Of a stretch of DNA of 34,201 nt, positions 27,302 through 34,201 are shown piece by piece (positions within the stretch are counted from its first letter, which is position 1; each line of letters begins with the position of its first letter). A program made the translations under genes and the position numbers. The DNA is taken from the sequence record SRR20825010_1128, one strand, 5' to 3'. Under the pieces are notes generated by a model that had not been told where the DNA came from, did not search any database, and saw only the letters and a list, made by a program, of their open reading frames with translations.

Positions 27302-28678
27302 ATGTCAACTTGCGGCAATAATTTAACGAAGCATGGACTGCTGACTCTATCTTTAGCGGTTCTGCTTTCGGGCTGCGGTCTCGACATGACGTCCTCAGAC
27401 AACGCCACGACACCACAGTCAGAAGCGTCAACCACTCCGGCGGCTGAAACGGTTGAGCTTGCCGGCGCCGCCATGAAAGGCGTTATTCAACAAGGCCTGG
27501 TGACCGCCACTCGCCTGATATCCGACAAAGACGGCTACTATGCTCCACAGCGACAGGCCGCAAAACCGGTTTTGACAGCAAACGACGGTAGTTATGTGTG
27601 GCAATTGCGAGGAAAGGCGGACAGCTGGGCGTTGGTAGAACTTACCGCTGACAGTAATACCCGCATGACTTGCGACGTCGTTCCCCAATGCGAACGCAGC
27701 GGCGCCGAGCCGGTTGCCTTTGGCGACACCATGATGCTGGACGATAGTTTCAGTCTGCGCGGAGCCGGTGATCTTCGCATGGAGACCGTCAACCTCACGC
27801 CGCTGACCCATTTGGCCGTGGCGCTGGCTGAGCGTAACGAGAATGGGCTCTCCCCCGATGCACTCTCTGGGGCCTATGAAAGGGTTGAAAGCTGGTTTGG
27901 CCTGGCAGCAGGCTCCTTGCGCCTCGACCCGCCAGACCTGACTCGCCTGGACGAGTTTAACGGCGTGTCTGCCGATGCCCTGCAGGTCGCCGTTGCCAAT
28001 GCGGCTTTCCTTGCCCTGGTCAACAACAACGCCCAATGGAACAACATTTCCGATGTCCTGAACAACGTGGCAACCCAGATTCTCGAAACCGGCCAGATCA
28101 GCCTGATGGGCGACGGCGAAAACATCGCTCTGGCCGATCTCGTGTCTGCCGCGGCAGTGCAGGCCTCTGAGCTGCAGGCCGAGGTGGACTCGAGCGTCAT
28201 CAGCCAGAGACTCGTGGTGGCCGAATACCGCTACGTACAACGCTTAAAGACCATTGCAGAGGTATACGGCGAAGACGACACCAGCGTTGTCGACACACCA
28301 GAGCCCGATACCAGTGACGACAACAGCACTGGAGATACTGTCGCCGACAACGGAACGGACAACGACACCAGCGAACCGTCGGCCCCCGAGCCAAGCCCCG
28401 AGGACACCGTTCCGACCAACGCAGCCCTGCTAAGCTGGACCGCGCCGCTCACCAGAGAAAATGGTGACAGTCTCGCGATGGGCGAAATTGCCGGCTTTGA
28501 GGTGGTTTACGGCAACAGCGAGGACAGCCTGGACCAAAGCCTGGCCGTTGGCGACGCCTCTATCGACGAGTTGCTGGTGGACGAGCTCACCGAAGGCGCC
28601 TGGTACTTCGCTATCCGCACCCTGGATACGGATGGCAACCGCAGCCGGTTGTCAGAGGTGGTCTACAAGCAGATATAA
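27302..28678 (+). CDS. Lipoprotein with acidic linker and C-terminal fibronectin type III-like domain
   Basis: Lipobox LLSGC; NLTPLTHLA; D/T/P-rich linker; LSWTAP.TRENG...WYFAIRT.D..G..S Fn3 pattern. Confidence 0.8.
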   Translation: MSTCGNNLTKHGLLTLSLAVLLSGCGLDMTSSDNATTPQSEASTTPAAETVELAGAAMKGVIQQGLVTATRLISDKDGYYAPQRQAAKPVLTANDGSYVWQLRGKADSWALVELTADSNTRMTCDVVPQCERSGAEPVAFGDTMMLDDSFSLRGAGDLRMETVNLTPLTHLAVALAERNENGLSPDALSGAYERVESWFGLAAGSLRLDPPDLTRLDEFNGVSADALQVAVANAAFLALVNNNAQWNNISDVLNNVATQILETGQISLMGDGENIALADLVSAAAVQASELQAEVDSSVISQRLVVAEYRYVQRLKTIAEVYGEDDTSVVDTPEPDTSDDNSTGDTVADNGTDNDTSEPSAPEPSPEDTVPTNAALLSWTAPLTRENGDSLAMGEIAGFEVVYGNSEDSLDQSLAVGDASIDELLVDELTEGAWYFAIRTLDTDGNRSRLSEVVYKQI

Positions 28679-28690
28679 TGCAGCGTAGAC

Positions 28691-30649
28691 TTATATTTTG
28701 CTTTGGAACCTCGGCGCCTCAATCGCCTGCTGCTGCATCCAGCGATAGATAGTCGGGCGTGACACTCCATAACGACGTGCGACCTCAGAGACGTTCCAGC
28801 GGTATTTCTTTAGTGCCGCCAATAACGGATCGCTCTCGTCGGGGTCGACATCCCGCTCAACGCTCGTTGCCGCGATCGCAGGATCTCTCAAGCACTCGTC
28901 TGGTAGGTCATTGGCCGTGATCTGTCCATCGTCGCAGGTAGCTTCTGCAAACGCCAGTGCATTAACAAGCTGACGAATGTTACCCGGCCAGTCGTAGGCA
29001 AGCAGCGCACTCATCGCATCTGCCCGGATTCGAACATCGGGCAGCTGTCCCTGGTCGATCAGGTGTGTGAGTACCCGGTTAATGACATGCTGTCGGTCAG
29101 CCCTTTCTCCCAGAGAGGGCAAGCGCAGCGTGGCCCCATTCAGCCGGTAATAGAGGTCAGCGCGGAACGCACCATGTTCAATCAGTTGGCCCAGGTCCTG
29201 GTGCGTGGCGGCTATCACGCGACAGTTCACTTTCACGGGACTGTCGGCGCCCACTGGCAGAATTTCGCCTTCCGCCAGCACCCGCAGCAGCCGGGTCTGG
29301 AGCTGCAGGGGCATATCCCCGATTTCGTCCAGGAATAATGTCCCACCATCCGCCTGCTGGATCATTCCCCGCATTCCTCTGGCCCGCGCACCGGTAAACG
29401 CGCCCGCCACGTACCCGAAAAGCTCGCTCTCGATCAGTGACTCGGGAATGGCTGCGCAGTTTACGGCAACAAACGCCCGTCGGGAGCGGTGGCTGGACTG
29501 GTGTATTGCCCGGGCAAGCACTTCCTTGCCCGTGCCGGTCTCACCCAGCACCAGCAGCCCGACATCTCTGTTCCTCAGTCGTTTGGCAAGACCAAGAGTT
29601 CGCCTCATGACGGGGTCATCCGCTGCCAGCGCATCTAGCTCAGGCACAGATTCATCAGTGGGCAGGGCGTCAGAAGATGCGGAAGCCGTCGACTTGATCC
29701 TAGGCTGGATCAACGCTGCAAAAAAGGTATTGCCACTGATGCAGTGCCTGAACGCCCTGACCTGATCATCCTGATCGTAAGGGATGCTCCAGATGTCCCT
29801 TAACTCGCATTCAAACAGGCTGGTCAGCTTGGTATCGCTGCCGTTTCCATGGCTCCACATGAGTGAACGACCGGCTGTATTGGCGGCCTCCACGCACCCA
29901 TCCTCGTCAATGGCGAACAGGTACTGGCCATTTACCTGCACAAACTCCCGCGAGGCATCACACCGGAAGACCGTCTGATTGCGATAACGGCGGAGGAAAT
30001 AGGCGTCCTCAATCATGCGGGCGTAGAGCTGGGTAAGGTGCAGTGCAAACGTCTGGCTGCTGTGTGGATCAGGCGAATCCAGAGCCGAAATATCGAGTAC
30101 CGCAAGCAGGTTGCCCAGCGGATCAAGAATGGGCGCCGAGGTGCAGGTCAAGCTTATATGGGTTGCATCGAAATGGTCGACCCGGTGACATGTCAGGGCC
30201 TGCCCCTCTTCAATACACGTACCCACAGCACAGGTGCCCGCGTACTTCTCACTCCAATCGGCCCCCAGGTACAAACCGGCTTTACGCAAACGTTGGTCAG
30301 AACGCCGATCCCCCAGAAACTGCACGGTAATGCCCCGGTGATCCGTCAACAACAGCACATAACCCAGCTTTGCGATATTCATATACAGTTGCTCAACGCC
30401 GGCCCGAGCCACGTTGAGAAATTCATCGACCGAGTCCTGATGCTCCCTCAGGGTTTGATGAGTCACGATCCGGGCACGACGCGGCTGGCTCGGGTCCAGT
30501 CCGTACTCGTCAATACATCGCTTCCATGAGCGACCAATCAGTTCGGACTCCGGAGATAAAGCCGCACACACGCCTTCATCCGTATAACTTAGAATCGTAT
30601 CTATGTGGCGCCGCTGTGCCTGTTGCATCGTCATGCCAAGCTCCTGCAT
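28691..30649 (-). CDS. Sigma54-dependent activator, AcoR type (GAF-AAA+-Fis HTH)
   Basis: SW.RC GAF N-terminus, GETGTGKE, ESELFG, GAFTGA, LFLDEIGDMP, WPGNIRQL, C-terminal HTH. Confidence 0.93.
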   Translation of the reverse strand: MQELGMTMQQAQRRHIDTILSYTDEGVCAALSPESELIGRSWKRCIDEYGLDPSQPRRARIVTHQTLREHQDSVDEFLNVARAGVEQLYMNIAKLGYVLLLTDHRGITVQFLGDRRSDQRLRKAGLYLGADWSEKYAGTCAVGTCIEEGQALTCHRVDHFDATHISLTCTSAPILDPLGNLLAVLDISALDSPDPHSSQTFALHLTQLYARMIEDAYFLRRYRNQTVFRCDASREFVQVNGQYLFAIDEDGCVEAANTAGRSLMWSHGNGSDTKLTSLFECELRDIWSIPYDQDDQVRAFRHCISGNTFFAALIQPRIKSTASASSDALPTDESVPELDALAADDPVMRRTLGLAKRLRNRDVGLLVLGETGTGKEVLARAIHQSSHRSRRAFVAVNCAAIPESLIESELFGYVAGAFTGARARGMRGMIQQADGGTLFLDEIGDMPLQLQTRLLRVLAEGEILPVGADSPVKVNCRVIAATHQDLGQLIEHGAFRADLYYRLNGATLRLPSLGERADRQHVINRVLTHLIDQGQLPDVRIRADAMSALLAYDWPGNIRQLVNALAFAEATCDDGQITANDLPDECLRDPAIAATSVERDVDPDESDPLLAALKKYRWNVSEVARRYGVSRPTIYRWMQQQAIEAPRFQSKI

Positions 30650-30755
30650 TGCTCTGATATTGTTGTTGTCATTTACGATGAGATACTGCTTCGTCGTTCT
30701 GACAGCCTATACCGGATTACCCGGCATCAACATCCTCCTTTAGTGCCTGAGTGAT

Positions 30756-30804
30756 CGTTACACCTGTAACGCATTTACAGGCAATCGCATTACAGCCGTA
30801 ATGC
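30756..30804. promoter_or_regulatory. Probable enhancer (UAS) palindromes for the AcoR-like activator
   Basis: CGTTACA-CC-TGTAACG (30756-71) and GCATTAC-AGCC-GTAATGC (30787-804), about 110-160 bp upstream of the sigma54 site. Confidence 0.6.
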
Positions 30805-30912
30805 CAGGGCCTTCTGCCACATGGCTCCGCCACCCCCTCCTCCTTTCACAAAAATCCCTGAAACCCCTTTATTTCAGATACCTGGAAAATAAAAAGCCCT
30901 TGGAGACCGATG

Positions 30913-30928
30913 TGGCACGTCATCTGCT
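30913..30928 (+). promoter_or_regulatory. Sigma54 (-24/-12) promoter
   Basis: TGGCAC-GTCAT-CTGCT with GG-N10-GC spacing, upstream of the monooxygenase and divergent from a bEBP. Confidence 0.8.
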
Positions 30929-31011
30929 CCGTTCCTATTAGCGTGTTCAACAACGCACCGGGGATCAAAGACTCCCCGCCAACAAAAACAATGGAAATCT
31001 GGAGAACCGTG

Positions 31012-32814
31012 ATGACCGAAACCCAAATCACCCCCACCCAACGAGTTCAGCAGTGGCTTGACGGGTTCAGCGAGATACTGCAGTCGAGCGATCCTGGAAG
31101 GGCGGCGGAACTGTTTGAAGCAAACGGCTTCTGGAGAGATCTTGTTGCAATAACCTGGAACATAAAAACCCTGGAGGGCCGGGACCATATCCGCGACATG
31201 CTGGAACAGACCTCGAAACATGTCCTCCCCAGCAATTGGAAGGTTGCCGAAGACGCGACAGAACAGGACGGCGTGACCGAAGCCTGGATTACCTTCGAAA
31301 CCAGGGATGCTCTGGGTAAAGGGCACATCCGGCTTCGCGATGGCGGTGCCTGGACCCTGCTGACCACCATGCAGGAATTAAAGGAGTTTCCCGAGAAGAA
31401 AAACTTTCTTCGACCCAAAGGCGCTCAGCATGGAGCGACCAAGTCACGGAAAACCTGGCTTGAGGCAAAGCAGGACGAAGAACAGGAACTGGGATACAGC
31501 CGCCAGCCCTACTGCGTGATCATCGGCGGTGGACAAGGGGGCATTGGCCTGGCCGCCCGTCTGCGGCAACTGGACGTGCCAACGATTGTGATCGAGCGAA
31601 ACCCGAATCCAGGCGATTCCTGGCGCAACCGCTACAAGTCTCTTTGCCTGCATGACCCGGTCTGGTACGACCACATGCCTTACCTGCCGTTCCCGGACCA
31701 CTGGCCCGTTTTCGCGCCGAAAGACAAAATCGGCGACTGGCTCGAAATGTACACCAAGATCATGGAGCTCAACTACTGGAGCTCAACAGAGTGCACGGGG
31801 GCGCGCTACGATGAGGCCGGTCAGGAATGGGTCGTGGAGGTGGTTCGGGACGGCGAGAAAGTCACCCTTCGCCCCAAGCAGCTCGTGCTGGCTACCGGCA
31901 TGTCGGGCATCCCCAACATACCCGATATTCCCGGAATGGACAGTTTTGAAGGCGAGCAACACCACTCCAGCAAACACCCCGGTGGCGCTGCCTATAAAGG
32001 CAAGAAGTGCGTAGTCCTGGGCGGAAATAACTCCGCACACGATATCTGCGCTGCGTTATGGGAGAACGACGCCGACGTCACCATGGTTCAGCGTTCATCA
32101 ACCCACATCATCAAGTCCGACACTCTGATGGAGCTGGTGCTAGGCCCACTCTACTCCGAAGAGGCGGTACAGAACGGCATGACCACAGAAAAGGCCGATC
32201 TCACATTTGCGTCGGTGCCCTTCAAAATCATGCCCGATATGCACATCCCGGTTTACGAGCAGGTCGCCGAACAGGATGCGGACTTCTACAGTCGGCTGAA
32301 GCGAGCAGGGTTCCTGCTGGACTTTGGCGATGATGGCTCAGGGCTGTTCATGAAATACCTGCGCCGTGGCTCAGGCTATTACATCGATGTCGGTGCATCC
32401 GAACTTGTCGCCCAGGGCGAAATCAAGCTTAAAAGCGGGGTCGGTATTGAACGCATCAACCCCCGATCTGTCACCCTGACGGATGGCACCGAACTGCCGG
32501 CCGATCTGATTGTTTACGCCACCGGCTTCGGCTCCATGAATGGCTGGGCGGCACGAATAATATCCCAGGAGGTCGCCGATAAAGTTGGAAAGTGCTGGGG
32601 TATGGGATCAGATACCACCAAAGACCCTGGCCCCTGGGAAGGTGAGCTGCGCAATATGTGGAAGCCAACGCAACAGGAAGCCCTCTGGTTCCACGGGGGC
32701 AACCTGCACCAGTCACGCCACTACTCGCTGTATCTCGCACTTCAACTGAAAGCCCGAAAAGAGAGCATCGACACGCCAGTGTACGGTATGGAAAACGTTC
32801 ATCACCTTTCCTGA
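31012..32814 (+). CDS. Class B flavoprotein monooxygenase with N-terminal extension (type II FMO-like)
   Basis: IIGGGQGG (FAD), W..RY.SL.LH, LATG, FEGEQHHSSKH fingerprint, GGNNSAHD, YATGF; about 160-aa N-terminal domain; GGAG RBS. Confidence 0.88.
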   Translation: MTETQITPTQRVQQWLDGFSEILQSSDPGRAAELFEANGFWRDLVAITWNIKTLEGRDHIRDMLEQTSKHVLPSNWKVAEDATEQDGVTEAWITFETRDALGKGHIRLRDGGAWTLLTTMQELKEFPEKKNFLRPKGAQHGATKSRKTWLEAKQDEEQELGYSRQPYCVIIGGGQGGIGLAARLRQLDVPTIVIERNPNPGDSWRNRYKSLCLHDPVWYDHMPYLPFPDHWPVFAPKDKIGDWLEMYTKIMELNYWSSTECTGARYDEAGQEWVVEVVRDGEKVTLRPKQLVLATGMSGIPNIPDIPGMDSFEGEQHHSSKHPGGAAYKGKKCVVLGGNNSAHDICAALWENDADVTMVQRSSTHIIKSDTLMELVLGPLYSEEAVQNGMTTEKADLTFASVPFKIMPDMHIPVYEQVAEQDADFYSRLKRAGFLLDFGDDGSGLFMKYLRRGSGYYIDVGASELVAQGEIKLKSGVGIERINPRSVTLTDGTELPADLIVYATGFGSMNGWAARIISQEVADKVGKCWGMGSDTTKDPGPWEGELRNMWKPTQQEALWFHGGNLHQSRHYSLYLALQLKARKESIDTPVYGMENVHHLS

Positions 32815-32820
32815 CTCCAG

Positions 32821-32844
32821 GATGGCTGGCCTCGGCCAGCCATC
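32821..32844. terminator. Hairpin between convergent genes
   Basis: GATGGCTGGC-CTCG-GCCAGCCATC. Confidence 0.65.
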
Positions 32845-32874
32845 AACAGTGATCAGCAACCAATTCAGGTCAGT

Positions 32875-34201
32875 TCACAACTGCTCTGGCCGCGGTGGAC
32901 TGCCCACCCTCACTTCGCTGAGTTTCTCCTGGGCCAGGCCGCGGAACAGGGCAAACATCATGGCGAATACGAGGATGAACATCGGCAGGCCAACCACGGT
33001 GATCACTTCCTGCAACGCGGTCAGCCCGGCGTCACCGGCAAGTACGATCAGCATCGCTGCCAGCATGCCTTCAGACACACCCCAGAAAACGCGTTGATGC
33101 CAGGGGCCCGGGTCCGGCGAGCCCGTGCATAACATATCGACCACCAGGGAAGCGGAGTCCGATGAGGTCGCGAAGAAGATGGCGACAATCACAACCGCCA
33201 GGCCCTGGATCAACGTAGCCCCCGGAAAGTTTTCGAAGAACGCGAACATGGCCAGGGGAACACTCTCCCCTACGGCTTGTGACAACACCCCCGCCTGTTC
33301 GCCCAGCGCCTCCCTGGCCTCCGGCCCAATGCCATCGATCTGCATTGCTGACCAGCCGAAAATGGCGAACCAGATCAGGGTGAAGATTGATGGCGCGAAC
33401 AGGACCCCGAGCACGAATTCACGGATGGTCCGCCCCCGTGAAATCCGCGCCACGAAGATGCCGATAAAGGGCGACCAGGTCACCGTCCAGGCCCAGTAGA
33501 ATACCGTCCAGCTGCCCTGCCATCCCCAGCCGCCATCGTCGCCGGTATAGCTTGCAAGTGTGTCGTTCCAGAAGGCCATGGGCAGCAGGTTCGATATGTA
33601 GAGGCCAAACGTCTCAACCACGGCTCGCAGAAGGAAAACCGTCGAACCGGTGAAGAGCACGAATACCATCAGGCCAACGGCCATACCGATATTGATGTTG
33701 GACAACCGCTTCACACCCGAGTCCAGCCCGGCGACGATCGACCCCACAGCGACGGCCGTCAGGATGGCAATGATCAGCACCTTGGTGATTACCGCATCCG
33801 GAATGCCAAACAACTCAGTCAGCCCGGCGTTGATCTGCTGCGTGCCCAGCCCGATTGACACCGCCACACCGAACAGCGTGCCGAGGATCGCAAACACATC
33901 TAGAGTCTTGCCGAGAGGCCCGTATATGCGGTCGCCGATCAACGGATAGAACACCGAACTGAAGCGCATCGGCAGGTCGTAACGATAGATAAAATACGCA
34001 AAGGCAAGCCCCGGCATGGTGAAGATCGCCCAGGTGTGCAGCCCCAGGTGGTAGATAGCGAAGCTCATGGCATCGTCGGCGGCTTCGACCGAATAGGGCT
34101 CGACATTCGGCCTCGGCGGGGAAGAAAAGTGCGAGATGGGCTCGGCCACGCCCCAGAACATCAGCACGGTACCGATGCCGCCGGCAAACAGCATGGTGAA
34201 C
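32875..34201 (-). CDS. BCCT (betaine/carnitine/choline) family transporter, 5' end outside the window
   Basis: MLFAGGIG..LMFWGVAEP, WTVFYWAW...WSPF.G.F.ARISRGRTIREF, FFATSSDS motifs. Confidence 0.93.
   Translation of the reverse strand, partial: FTMLFAGGIGTVLMFWGVAEPISHFSSPPRPNVEPYSVEAADDAMSFAIYHLGLHTWAIFTMPGLAFAYFIYRYDLPMRFSSVFYPLIGDRIYGPLGKTLDVFAILGTLFGVAVSIGLGTQQINAGLTELFGIPDAVITKVLIIAILTAVAVGSIVAGLDSGVKRLSNINIGMAVGLMVFVLFTGSTVFLLRAVVETFGLYISNLLPMAFWNDTLASYTGDDGGWGWQGSWTVFYWAWTVTWSPFIGIFVARISRGRTIREFVLGVLFAPSIFTLIWFAIFGWSAMQIDGIGPEAREALGEQAGVLSQAVGESVPLAMFAFFENFPGATLIQGLAVVIVAIFFATSSDSASLVVDMLCTGSPDPGPWHQRVFWGVSEGMLAAMLIVLAGDAGLTALQEVITVVGLPMFILVFAMMFALFRGLAQEKLSEVRVGSPPRPEQL

Noticed and set aside
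26404-27474. 356-aa minus-strand ORF
   Set aside because: Antisense to DUF72 and the lipoprotein 5' end, crosses the intergenic region, and has no motifs; a shadow ORF.
27428-28240. 270-aa minus-strand ORF and similar long antisense ORFs (10247-10903, 11377-12000, 14670-15410)
   Set aside because: Mirror frames of well-supported genes, as expected in GC-rich DNA.
30910-31011. N-terminal extension of the monooxygenase
   Set aside because: Overlaps the sigma54 promoter; ATG 31012 has a GGAG RBS.
1-34201. tRNA/rRNA genes, IS elements, prophage or defence systems
   Set aside because: No recognisable sequence or protein signatures, and the intergenic hairpins are unrelated to one another, so there is no REP family.

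Overview
Chromosomal segment of a GC-rich gammaproteobacterium; the gene repertoire suggests a Marinobacter-like marine organism (inference). It holds about 29 CDSs. Most are metabolic, transport or regulatory modules: DUF2339 membrane protein, PNPOx-like/MocR pair, PAS-GGDEF-EAL protein, DMT/AraC pair, M28 aminopeptidase, cdaR-gntP-glycerate kinase, Omp85-family protein, AhpD/ECF41 pair with an exact ECF41 promoter, AcoR-like activator with a sigma54-driven flavin monooxygenase, and a partial BCCT transporter. I saw no RNA genes, CRISPR arrays, integrases or transposases. The standout is a probable insertion at about 16.6-21.6 kb. A 5'-truncated spondin gene is followed by a ~130-nt leader with mutually exclusive hairpins, then a tight three-gene operon: BesD-like Fe/2OG enzyme (HxD, hydroxylase type), SAM methyltransferase-fold protein and choline/carnitine O-acyltransferase with hybrid specificity residues. 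This is a candidate uncharacterised methylate-hydroxylate-O-acylate (carnitine-like) pathway.
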